A stretch of DNA of 64,000 nt, from IMG/VR virus record IMGVR_UViG_2882837327_000005, positions 1-64,000 of that record; one strand, written 5' to 3'. The position numbers were made by a program, and so were the translations under genes. Of this stretch, positions 17,959-26,336 are shown piece after piece. Source of the DNA: a virus (Duplodnaviria; Caudoviricetes). Position 1 is the first letter of the stretch, and each line of letters begins with the position of its first letter. Below the pieces are notes generated by a model. The model had not been told where the DNA came from and ran no database searches. It saw only the letters and a list, made by a program, of their open reading frames with translations.

Positions 17959-19565
17959 CCCCTCACGGCCTCCCCTCTGCCGTGAATCATGCCCGACTGC
18001 AGCGCTTCCGCAGCCGGACTGCCTCGCCGCGCGTGAAGCTCGAGGCGCAGCTGGGCCAGGAATCCTTCAAGGCCTTCGTGAAGATGGCCTGGAGCGAGGT
18101 GGACCCTGCGGTCCTGTCCTGGAACTGGCACCTGGACCTGATCTGCGACGAGATGGAGAAGGCCGCGCGCCGCGAGGTGCGGGAAATGGTCATCTGCATC
18201 CCGCCGCGCTCCCTGAAGAGCCAGCTCGTCTCCGTGCTGTTCGTGGCCTGGGTGTGGACCTGGCACCCGGCCGCCAAGTTCATCACCGCGTCCTACGAGA
18301 TGAAGCTCGCCACCCGCGACGCGGTGAAGACCCGCCGCCTGGTGAAGAGCGACTGGTATCAGGCCCGCTGGGGCCCCGCCTCGCCGTACCGCGGCAAGCT
18401 CAGCACGGGCGAGGATCACCCGGGCGTCGCGATCGAGGGCGACCAGGACAACAAGACCTATTACGAGACCACGGCCGGCGGGCACCGCTTCTGCGCGACC
18501 CCGGGCGGCCAGGTCACGGGCCACGGCGCCGACTTCATCCTCGGCGACGACATGAACCATGTGAAGAAGGTCGAGCAGGAGGCCGACCGCGAGAAAGTCA
18601 CGTCCTGGTGGCGTGAGGCCATCCCGTCACGCCTGAACGACCAGGCCTATGGCGTGAAGATGGTGATCCAGCAGCGGACCCATGTGAACGACCTGGCCGG
18701 CGAGTGCATCCGCCTGGGCTACCACAAGGTCGTGCTCCCCATGGAGTTCGAGGCCGACCATCCGGATCGGCACCCCTTGGACCCCCGCAAGGTCGATGGG
18801 GAGGTGCTGCACCCAGCGCGCTGGGTGCAGCGCAATGCCCTGTCCCGATACAAGGCCAACCTGGGCGCCTATGCGGTGGCCGGCCAGCTGCAGCAGCGCC
18901 CAGCCCCGCGCGACGGTGGCATCTTCAAGCGCCACTGGTTCCGCATCGAGGCCATGGCCCCGGCCGAGGTGCTGCAGGGCGGCACGGTGCGGCGCTGGGA
19001 TCTCGCGGCCACGGTGCCGAAGTCTGGCACCGACCCCGATTACACCGCCTCGGTGAAGATGGGGCGCGACCAGTTCGGGCGGGTGTACATCCTGCACGCC
19101 AACCGACTGCGGGAGACGCCCTTCAATGTGGATCTCGCCATCCAGGCCATGGCCAGTCAGGACGGGAACAGCTGCCGCCTCATCCTGCCCCAGGATCCAG
19201 GCGCGGCGGGCGTCGCGCGCATGCAGCAGCAGCAGGCCTTCCTGGCGCCCATCGCCACCGAGTTCGAGCGGGAGACCGGCGACAAGGCCGAGCGAGCCCG
19301 CGGCCTGGCCTCGGCCGCCCAGGCGGGCAACGTCATCCTGGTGCGTGGGGAGTGGAACGACGCCTTCCTCGAGGAGCTGTGCACCTTCCCCGCCGCCGCC
19401 CATGACGACTGGCTGGACGCGGCGGCCGGCGCCTACAGCGCGCTGTTCGGGGGCGCGGACAACATCCTGCAGGCCTATGCCCAGATGCTGCGCGAGGCCC
19501 AGGGCACGGACAGCCATGATCCTGGGTCGGAGCATGTGTCGCAGGGGGTTTATGGGGGCGGGTGA
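17955..19565 (+). CDS. Terminase large subunit
   Basis: IPPRSLKS Walker A, ILGDD Walker B, IQQRTH, WDLA..DYTA, HDDWLDA nuclease motifs. Confidence 0.95.
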   Translation: MTPHGLPSAVNHARLQRFRSRTASPRVKLEAQLGQESFKAFVKMAWSEVDPAVLSWNWHLDLICDEMEKAARREVREMVICIPPRSLKSQLVSVLFVAWVWTWHPAAKFITASYEMKLATRDAVKTRRLVKSDWYQARWGPASPYRGKLSTGEDHPGVAIEGDQDNKTYYETTAGGHRFCATPGGQVTGHGADFILGDDMNHVKKVEQEADREKVTSWWREAIPSRLNDQAYGVKMVIQQRTHVNDLAGECIRLGYHKVVLPMEFEADHPDRHPLDPRKVDGEVLHPARWVQRNALSRYKANLGAYAVAGQLQQRPAPRDGGIFKRHWFRIEAMAPAEVLQGGTVRRWDLAATVPKSGTDPDYTASVKMGRDQFGRVYILHANRLRETPFNVDLAIQAMASQDGNSCRLILPQDPGAAGVARMQQQQAFLAPIATEFERETGDKAERARGLASAAQAGNVILVRGEWNDAFLEELCTFPAAAHDDWLDAAAGAYSALFGGADNILQAYAQMLREAQGTDSHDPGSEHVSQGVYGGG

Positions 19566-19643
19566 CGACCATTTTGTCGGCGTCAACAAAATGGTGGGCG
19601 GGGGTTGCCATGCAGCCGAGTGGTTCGACCATGCTTCCATCAT

Positions 19644-19729
19644 GGAAGGTGGCGCTGGGTTGGCTGGCAAGCGGTCTCGAAAACCGTGCCTACCGCAAGG
19701 TTGAGGGTTCGACTCCTTCACCTTCCGCC
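19644..19729 (+). tRNA. tRNA-Ser(CGA), probable 8/4 type
   Basis: GGAAGGTG/CACCTTCC 8-bp acceptor, GCGGT-CTCGAAA-ACCGT anticodon arm, long V arm, TTCGACT loop, G73; encoded 3' end GCC abuts the next tRNA. Confidence 0.85.
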
Positions 19730-19815
19730 GGAAAGAAGACCGCGCAGGGCGTGGCGCCGCTTGCTAAGCGGTTGGAGCCGAAAGGCTTGGGGTTCGAGAC
19801 CTCTGCTTTCCGCCA
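19730..19815 (+). tRNA. tRNA-Ser(GCT), probable 8/4 type
   Basis: GGAAAGAA/TGCTTTCC acceptor (one mismatch), GCCGC-TTGCTAA-GCGGT, V arm, GGGG-TTCGAGA-CCTC, GCCA end. Confidence 0.8.
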
Positions 19816-19817
19816 GT

Positions 19818-19891
19818 TGGGGCGTAGCTCAGTGGTAGAGTTCTGGTCTCCAAAACCAGCAGCGCAGGTTCGATTCCTGCCGCCCTAGCCA
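19818..19891 (+). tRNA. tRNA-Trp(CCA)
   Basis: Canonical cloverleaf; CTGGT-CTCCAAA-ACCAG; GCCA end. Confidence 0.92.
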
Positions 19892-19950
19892 CTGCTCCCG
19901 TCCCAGTTTCCATTGTATTAGAACTTCCACCTACAGGCGTGGAGGCTTCG

Positions 19951-20154
19951 ATGGCGTTCGTTGTGACTTTCTGGTCGAAAGCTTATGTGGCGCACACGGG
20001 TAAGAGCACCAAAACCTATGAAAGTGCGGCCGAAGCATGGGCGGCAGTCGATGCGCTCATGCGGAGTGACGAGACTGTGGAGATAAGGTCGCCCTCCGGA
20101 CATGAGATTGGATGGGCTGAGCTTAAGATGCTTGCGGAGCGAGAGCAGCATTGA
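19951..20154 (+). CDS. Small hypothetical protein within the tRNA cluster
   Basis: GGAGG RBS; AT-rich promoter-like upstream; lower GC. Confidence 0.6.
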   Translation: MAFVVTFWSKAYVAHTGKSTKTYESAAEAWAAVDALMRSDETVEIRSPSGHEIGWAELKMLAEREQH

Positions 20155-20338
20155 AGGACGGTTGCCCCGCAGCGGACAAGGCTCGGGCCCGTGAGGCAGT
20201 AGGAGATGGTGCGGGAGGTCCATTGGGCCGCTCCACCGCGCCCCTCCGACCCCAAGCCGGGATGGGAAGCGAGTGGCTGACCAGGGGCATCAGAGCGCTC
20301 GGGCTGGAAACGGCCCGGGCGCTTCTGCTATTCAGGGC

Positions 20339-20443
20339 GCGCTGCGGCGGCACGGAAGGACGTGCGAAGCTGTAGGGCGGCGGGTAGGCCCTCGGGAGCC
20401 GAACGAAGCGGCCCAGCCGGTATCAAGCCCGGCACGCAGCGCA
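20339..20443 (+). ncRNA. tRNA-like structured RNA (degenerate class II, GTA, with loop insertion)
   Basis: 8-bp terminal stem GCGCTGCG/CGCAGCGC enclosing D-, anticodon-, V- and T-like arms; no CCA. Confidence 0.4.
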
Positions 20444-20449
20444 AGTTCT

Positions 20450-20526
20450 GGTGCCCTAGCTCAACTGGATAGAGGAGCCCCGTCCTAAGGGGATGGTTCG
20501 GGGTTCAAGTCCCTGGGACACCACCA
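20450..20526 (+). tRNA. tRNA-Arg(CCT)
   Basis: TAGCTCAACTGGATAGAG D arm, CCCC-GTCCTAA-GGGG, GGGG-TTCAAGT-CCCT, ACCA end. Confidence 0.9.
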
Positions 20527-20564
20527 ACCCTGGCGGGCCATCACGCCCGCGCCCGGAGGATGCA

Positions 20565-20738
20565 ATGGCCCACCACAAGCGCGGCCGAGCCCGCAACCGC
20601 CGGGCCGGCTGCAAGCTCTGCAAGCCCTGGAAGGTGACCGGCCATGCCAAGGGGCGGCCGGGTGCCGAGACCATCAGCAGCTATCGCAGCCGCATCGGCA
20701 CTAAGCTGGATCTGAGGGACGCGCTTCGCTGCGACTGA
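20565..20738 (+). CDS. Small basic CxxC protein
   Basis: MAHHKRGRARNRRAGCKLCKPWK; GGAGG RBS. Confidence 0.65.
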   Translation: MAHHKRGRARNRRAGCKLCKPWKVTGHAKGRPGAETISSYRSRIGTKLDLRDALRCD

Positions 20739-20750
20739 GCCCAGGGCGCA

Positions 20751-20948
20751 TCAGGACGCGCCTTCGGCCTCCGGCTCCTCAGGCGGCTGCGCCAACGCCA
20801 CCGGGTCAGCCTCCCCACCTCTGCCGATATTCACCAGCGCGTTGCGCGCCTGGCAGCCGGGGCAGAGGAAGAAGCACCCCTCCTCATCGATCTCGGGATC
20901 CACCGCCCGGAACATGATTTCCAGGCCGCAGTGTCGGCATGTCCACAT
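20751..20948 (-). CDS. Small Zn-ribbon protein
   Basis: CRHC...CPGC; GAGG RBS. Confidence 0.65.
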   Translation of the reverse strand: MWTCRHCGLEIMFRAVDPEIDEEGCFFLCPGCQARNALVNIGRGGEADPVALAQPPEEPEAEGAS

Positions 20949-20957
20949 GCCCAGACG

Positions 20958-21242
20958 CTACCTCTCGGCCTCGGGCGACGCCAGCTTCACGTGCGCTCCC
21001 AGGATCGGCGGCCCGCCTTTCTCGGGAAAGCTCATGGTCGGACCCCGCGCCCTGCACCGAGAGCATGTCAGCCGGTGGTAGAACTCCGATAGATTCATAT
21101 CCGTATCAAGCCCAAATCTGACGATCCATTCCTGGATCCGTGCACGCCGGGTGTGGCTACAGCGACACAGCAGCGAAACCAAAAGATCCCGCCTCCACCC
21201 CAGAGGGTCTATCGGCTTCGGTCGATGGTAGTTCGCTGCCAT
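20958..21242 (-). CDS. SOS-boxed Zn-ribbon protein
   Basis: CRCSH...LTCSRC; probably leaderless behind a LexA-boxed promoter. Confidence 0.7.
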   Translation of the reverse strand: MAANYHRPKPIDPLGWRRDLLVSLLCRCSHTRRARIQEWIVRFGLDTDMNLSEFYHRLTCSRCRARGPTMSFPEKGGPPILGAHVKLASPEAER

Positions 21243-21248
21243 AGTACG

Positions 21249-21263
21249 GAACATAAACGGAAC
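21249..21263 (-). promoter_or_regulatory. Alphaproteobacterial LexA (SOS) box overlapping a TTGCGA-N16-TATGTT promoter
   Basis: GAAC-ATAAACG-GAAC, exact N7 direct repeat. Confidence 0.8.
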
Positions 21264-21538
21264 ACATTATCTCGCAAGGTTGCGCAGGACGATCAGCCGG
21301 CATCTCGCAGCAGCCTGTTGAGGAACATATTCAACTCCCTCAAATGGCTGATCAAATCCCTGTGGGTAAACTCAACCTTTGCTGCAGCTTACCATCCAGC
21401 CGTCTCCCCCCGCCGAGACACATTAAAATGGCGGACGATGACTCTGGGATGGGCTTGGCCCACCTAAGCCGCAAAAAACCGTAAAATGTTACCGTTCTGT
21501 CTGGTTGGGGAGTGCGTCCCTTCCCGTGGGCAAGCAGA

Positions 21539-21553
21539 GAACCAATAGGGAAC
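21539..21553. promoter_or_regulatory. LexA (SOS) box
   Basis: GAAC-CAATAGG-GAAC in an AT-rich intergenic region. Confidence 0.65.
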
Positions 21554-21744
21554 ATGACCACAGCCCGACAAAGGGCCGACAACGCACGCACAGGCGGCGA
21601 CCGGCCGTCATCATTATGAATGAGCATCAAACTCCAGTAGGCGACATTGCCGACCATTCCGGACTCGCTACGACATTGGTCCTATTGTGCGCTCTAAAAT
21701 CCTGATATGAGAATGATCGGCACCCACGAACCCGTGATGAGAAG

Positions 21745-21975
21745 ATGCGCCTAGAAAAGCTCGACATTCTTCCTGCCGAAGATCAGCCACTTTGCCTGTT
21801 TTGGCCCGCCAGAACGCCGGCCGTGTTCTCTTTGCGAGGGCCAGCGCCGCGGCACCGCCAGGGCAGTATGGTCATCCGCCAAGGCGGATCGTCCTACGTG
21901 GTCGATGGCGGCGACGTGTTCATCCTGCCGCCAGTCCCCCGCTGCTTCGTGTCGCCAGAGATGGGGAATGCCTGA
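21745..21975 (+). CDS. Small hypothetical protein
   Basis: TGATG coupling to the next gene. Confidence 0.5.
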   Translation: MRLEKLDILPAEDQPLCLFWPARTPAVFSLRGPAPRHRQGSMVIRQGGSSYVVDGGDVFILPPVPRCFVSPEMGNA

Positions 21976-22445
21976 TGACGAACGCTGCGCTACCGGACGC
22001 GCCCTATGTGGTAGTCGCGGTCACCTATGATGAAGCCACGCTTCACCGCCTGAAGGCACTCGCAAGGCGCCGGCTGCCATTGGGCGAGATTGCAAAGCGC
22101 ATGGGCCGGTCGCTCGAGGATGTTCGCTACATCGCGGACACCAACCGTATCATGGTCGTGCGGGACAACCGCACAGGCGGCCCCCGCACCGTCCTGGCCT
22201 CGCACCATAGCCCCGCCGCCCATGCCGCCGACCGGCGCCTGGAATGGCTCTCAGCCGTGGCTCACCGGAGCCGACTTGCATCCGCGCCGCGGTTGAGCGA
22301 GCAAGAGCAGGCAGACCTCATCGCGCAGCATCTCGCCAGCAAGGGTGTGACCCATTGCCCCTCCGTGCACCTCGAAGGCTCCGCCGCCAACGAAATCGTG
22401 CCCTCGAAGCTGAGGGGCCGAGGATCCTTGCAAGTCGAACTGTAG
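21975..22445 (+). CDS. HTH protein, GcrA-like N-terminus
   Basis: YDEATLHRLKALARRRLPLGEIAKRMGRS; C-terminal LIAQHLASKGVTHCP. Confidence 0.55.
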   Translation: MTNAALPDAPYVVVAVTYDEATLHRLKALARRRLPLGEIAKRMGRSLEDVRYIADTNRIMVVRDNRTGGPRTVLASHHSPAAHAADRRLEWLSAVAHRSRLASAPRLSEQEQADLIAQHLASKGVTHCPSVHLEGSAANEIVPSKLRGRGSLQVEL

Positions 22446-22471
22446 CCGAGGAAGCCGGCGCCCGCGCCGAT

Positions 22472-22741
22472 ATGGCGGCCTTCGACGCCCTGCCGCCTGA
22501 AGTGCGCCAGGTGCTGCGGAACCTGCTCTACAAGCCGATCTGCCCCAAGGTGCTGACCGCCGTCTGGAAGATGTCTGGCGTGCCCGCCGAGGTGATCGCC
22601 GCGATCATGGCAGGCGAAGCGATCAAGACCGAGGCGAGATTGGTGGCGGAGCTGGACGGCAAGTTCATCTGCCAGGGCTCCCGCTCACCCCACGCCGCGG
22701 CCCAGGCCACCATCCTGCGGGCGGAGCCGCTTACCGGCTAG
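22472..22741 (+). CDS. DUF6525-like small protein
   Basis: MAAFDALPPEVRQVL; start uncertain. Confidence 0.5.
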   Translation: MAAFDALPPEVRQVLRNLLYKPICPKVLTAVWKMSGVPAEVIAAIMAGEAIKTEARLVAELDGKFICQGSRSPHAAAQATILRAEPLTG

Positions 22742-22807
22742 ACGCCGCGCCAAACCTCCGACCATGCCAATGAAGCGGCACCTCTGCCGCGTTGGTCGGA
22801 GTAAGCC

Positions 22808-24553
22808 ATGGATAAGCAAGTCGGGCCGACCTCGGCGGTGCAGACCCGCAACAGCCCGTTGGCGGTGATGAGCAAGATCCCCTCGGGGTTCATCGCGGCC
22901 GCCACCCGTGGCCTGCGTTCCGTCTTCGGCCCCAACTCCACCATCCGCGATGCCCCGCAGAGGCCCGTCTCGGCGCCCCAGGCGGTCGAGCCGACCTTCG
23001 ATCAGCCCTATGCGTGGATGGACCCCGGCAAGCCGGTGCGGCCGATCCCGATGCCAAATAACGACCTGGTGGGCCTGCGCTTCGCCTACCAGCCTGGCGT
23101 CAACAACCTGCAGCAAGGCCGCTCCCTAGAAGGCGTCACCTTCGAGACGCTGCGCAATCTGGCCGAGAACTTCGACCTTCTCCGCCTGGCCATCCAGACC
23201 CGCAAGGACCAGCTGCGGAAGCTGGGATGGTCCATCCAGCCGAAGGTGAAGCCCGGTGAGCGCCGGCGCCCCGTCAAGGACGAGAAGCTGATCGCCCGCT
23301 GCACCGCGCTGCAGGAATGCATGCTGCGGCCGGATGGCGACCTGACATGGGACCAGTGGATCAGCGCCATCGCCGACGATGCTTTCGTCCTGGACGGCGT
23401 TTGCCTGTACCGCCGCCGGCATCCGGATGGCCGGCCCTACGCGCTCGAGATCATCGACCCGGCGACCATCCAGCCCCTTCTCGACGTCACGGGCCGGAAG
23501 CCCCTCCATCCCAGCCCGGCCTATGTCCAGATCCGCAATGGCACGGTCGTCAACCACTACACGCGCAACGAGCTGACCTATTGGGCGCGCAACGTCCGCA
23601 GCAACAAGATCTACGGCATGTCCGAGGTCGAGCAGGTGGTACGCACTGCCACGCTCGGCATTGCCCGCGTCACCAAGCAGGTGGGACACTACTCCGAGGG
23701 CAACATCCCGGACATGCTGCTGAGCACGCCGCAGAACTGGACGCCGCAGCAGATCAGGGATTTCCAGGGCATCTTCGACCAGCTGATGTCGATGCCAGGG
23801 TCAAAGCGGAGGGGCTGGTTCGTGCCCGCCGGCACCGGGCAGCCCATCATGCTGAACCAGGAGGCCCAGCTGTTCGGGCCCTTCGACGAGTGGCTCGCCC
23901 GCATCATCTGCTACGCCTTCAGCCTACCGCCCTTCCCCTTCGTCAAGGAAACGAACCGGGCCACGGCCGAGACTCAGTACGACGCCGCCATGGCCGAGGG
24001 CTTGGGTCCGTTCCTGACCGGCTTCAAGAACATCATGGATATCGAAATCCGGGAGTTCTGGGAGGAAGACGGCCTCGAGCTGGTGTGGGACGACAGCGAG
24101 AACCTCTCGGCCGCGGAGAAGACGGCGCGCGAGCAGTCGGACATGCGCTCGGGCATCATCTCCATCGACGACATCCGTGCTCAGCGCGGGCTCGACCCCG
24201 TGGGCCTGCCGCCCATGATCTTCGGCCTGGGGCCCATGGGGTTCATGACCTTGGATCAGGTGAAGCAGGCGATCGATGTCGGCACCAACCTGCCGCCGGC
24301 GCCAATGGCGTTCGACGCCGCCGCCGGTGACGATCCCCTGGCCGGGGCGCCACCGGAGCTGCTGGCGCAACTCGGAATCCAATCGCCAGCCGCCCCCGGG
24401 CAGGCAGGCGGCGCCGGGCCCGGTGGGCCAATGGGGAACGGGGCTGGCCCCCGAGGTCCGGCGCGATCCATGGGGGCGCTCGGCGCCGCGCTGTCCCGCA
24501 CCAAGCCGGTGCCAGGCGTGAGCGAGCTCCTGCAACGCGCCGGAGGGTATTGA
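22808..24553 (+). CDS. Portal protein
   Basis: LEIIDPATI, YVQI, KIYGMSEVEQ, ARIICYAFSLPP, NRATAE, SIDDIRAQRGLDP; follows terminase. Confidence 0.9.
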   Translation: MDKQVGPTSAVQTRNSPLAVMSKIPSGFIAAATRGLRSVFGPNSTIRDAPQRPVSAPQAVEPTFDQPYAWMDPGKPVRPIPMPNNDLVGLRFAYQPGVNNLQQGRSLEGVTFETLRNLAENFDLLRLAIQTRKDQLRKLGWSIQPKVKPGERRRPVKDEKLIARCTALQECMLRPDGDLTWDQWISAIADDAFVLDGVCLYRRRHPDGRPYALEIIDPATIQPLLDVTGRKPLHPSPAYVQIRNGTVVNHYTRNELTYWARNVRSNKIYGMSEVEQVVRTATLGIARVTKQVGHYSEGNIPDMLLSTPQNWTPQQIRDFQGIFDQLMSMPGSKRRGWFVPAGTGQPIMLNQEAQLFGPFDEWLARIICYAFSLPPFPFVKETNRATAETQYDAAMAEGLGPFLTGFKNIMDIEIREFWEEDGLELVWDDSENLSAAEKTAREQSDMRSGIISIDDIRAQRGLDPVGLPPMIFGLGPMGFMTLDQVKQAIDVGTNLPPAPMAFDAAAGDDPLAGAPPELLAQLGIQSPAAPGQAGGAGPGGPMGNGAGPRGPARSMGALGAALSRTKPVPGVSELLQRAGGY

Positions 24554-24555
24554 AC

Positions 24556-24768
24556 ATGGCGGCTTGTGCGCATCATTGGGTGCAGAGCTGGAAGCACTTC
24601 GACCATGCCCATCACCACGAGGAATGCAGCAGATGCGCCACCCGGCGCGTGCTGCGGCAGGCCGACACCAAGGTGATGTGGGACGTGACCTGGCTGGAGC
24701 GGCGCGGCGAACCCGAGCATCCGACTGCCGGCGATCCCATTGTCATCCGGCCGGGAGGCTTCGCATGA
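24556..24768 (+). CDS. Small Cys/His-rich protein
   Basis: CAHHW..CSRC; coupled. Confidence 0.55.
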   Translation: MAACAHHWVQSWKHFDHAHHHEECSRCATRRVLRQADTKVMWDVTWLERRGEPEHPTAGDPIVIRPGGFA

Positions 24769-26336
24769 GCCAGCTTTCTGAGGCCCAGATCGAACAGCGT
24801 CGCGAGGCTGCGAAAGCACGCTGGAGCCGTTACGGCAGGCAGGCACAACACGCGGCAATCGCAGGTGCCATCGGCGCGGGTGTAGCAGGACTGGCCTTTC
24901 GCCGACCCCGTCCCGCGCTTCTGGGTGCTGCACTTACAGCCGCCATCCCGGCTGGGCGCTTCCTTGCGCGAGAGATCTCAGGCGATCCCGACCTTGAAGG
25001 CGCGACGCTTTCCGACAAGCAGACCGCCTCCGTCCTGCGTGACTTTGGCGCCCGCACGATGCGCGAGCGCCTTATCGTCCGCGACAGAAGTGGCCGGGTG
25101 ACCATGGACAACTTGGGCGGCAAAGAAAGTGTCGCTGCGATCACCCTGCTGGATGTCGTGCGAGGCGAGAGCCGCCGCCCTGATTCCTCCGCATGGCACA
25201 ACCACCCCCATCCCGCCCTGCCATCGGCCACTGACTTGCTCTTCGGCCAGCGCGGCGTGGTGGTTCAGCCCGACGGAAGCACTGCACGCTTCAAGTGGGT
25301 TGGCGGCGATGTGTATCGCGACGGCTTGGGAGAGCTCAGCGACGTAGCCTCTGAAGTCCTCAAATTGTCGGGGGAGGCACAAGGCGCATTGCGGGAGAAA
25401 GCGGTGAAGGATTGGAGCCCGGCAGAGGTTGGGCAATACGCTCAGCGGTGGTCTAAGCATCTGGAGGGGCTCAAGCGCCGGAAGCTGATCGAACTTGAGA
25501 TCAGACCCTCGGCGCTGTCGAAACGCCAGGCGGGCCAGCCGCTTTCCGACGCCGAGCGCAATCAGCGCGTGGAGGCCGCCCGGGCCCGCTGGGCCAATGC
25601 CAGCACCCGGGGAGACGGCGAGGCCGCGCCCAAGAAGCCGTGGAGTGGCGAGCGCCTCGGCCTTGCGCGCGGCATGAAGGTGCAGGCCTCCACCACCCTC
25701 GCCCCTACTTGGCGCCACAACTATGACGGCAGCGAGTGGGGGCATGACGCGCCACCCGCCCAGGACGGCGGCAGGATGTACCAGGCGCTGTCCCGCCGCC
25801 CGCAGGTGCCGGACGGCATGAAGACCGAGGACTTCGTGGCCCTGGGCCGCTGGGCCTCGGCCACCAGCCGCGACATGCGTGACCGCATCGTGGCGGAGGG
25901 CGTGGACGGCGACCGGGCTCGTAAGAAGCTGAGCACCATCCCCGCCAGCCGCCGCAACGACGCCGAAGCCATCAAGATGGCCTTCAACCACGCCCGCATG
26001 CTGGCCCTGCACGATATCGGCCTGATCCGGGTGAAGGACTTCAAGCTGACGCCCGAGGCGAAGGAAAAGCTGCAGGGGCTCGAGCCATTCATGTGGCGCG
26101 CCCGCCGGCAGATCTCGAATCCGCTGCGCGAGCAGCACGCCGAGACCTGGGCCTCCATCCGCCGCCAGTACGGGGAGGCCTTCGCTGACGGCCGCACCCA
26201 CCGCGTGGCGACGCGCGGCGCAGCGGCGGGCGAGACCAAGCGACGCTTCGAGCGGCACAGCACCCTGGTTAAGGAGGCCCCTGCAGACTGGTGGGCCGGC
26301 TCCGGGCTCATCGTGCCGGTGGGCTGGGAGGCCTGA
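24765..26336 (+). CDS. Two-module head-associated protein with JAB/MPN-like domain
   Basis: E..HNHP..PSATD motif; two copies of the LS(E/D)AxxxQRxEAAxARW tag; Gly-zipper helix. Confidence 0.7.
   Translation: MSQLSEAQIEQRREAAKARWSRYGRQAQHAAIAGAIGAGVAGLAFRRPRPALLGAALTAAIPAGRFLAREISGDPDLEGATLSDKQTASVLRDFGARTMRERLIVRDRSGRVTMDNLGGKESVAAITLLDVVRGESRRPDSSAWHNHPHPALPSATDLLFGQRGVVVQPDGSTARFKWVGGDVYRDGLGELSDVASEVLKLSGEAQGALREKAVKDWSPAEVGQYAQRWSKHLEGLKRRKLIELEIRPSALSKRQAGQPLSDAERNQRVEAARARWANASTRGDGEAAPKKPWSGERLGLARGMKVQASTTLAPTWRHNYDGSEWGHDAPPAQDGGRMYQALSRRPQVPDGMKTEDFVALGRWASATSRDMRDRIVAEGVDGDRARKKLSTIPASRRNDAEAIKMAFNHARMLALHDIGLIRVKDFKLTPEAKEKLQGLEPFMWRARRQISNPLREQHAETWASIRRQYGEAFADGRTHRVATRGAAAGETKRRFERHSTLVKEAPADWWAGSGLIVPVGWEA

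Noticed and set aside
17344-19565. Terminase split by an intron, intein or frameshift
   Set aside because: The downstream ORF is a complete TerL; the upstream ORF duplicates its N-domain rather than complementing it
19595-19640. tRNA-Gly-like remnant (TTGCCAT..GGTTCGAC..TTCCA)
   Set aside because: No consistent stems; better explained as the TTGCCA-N16-GACCATG promoter of the tRNA cluster
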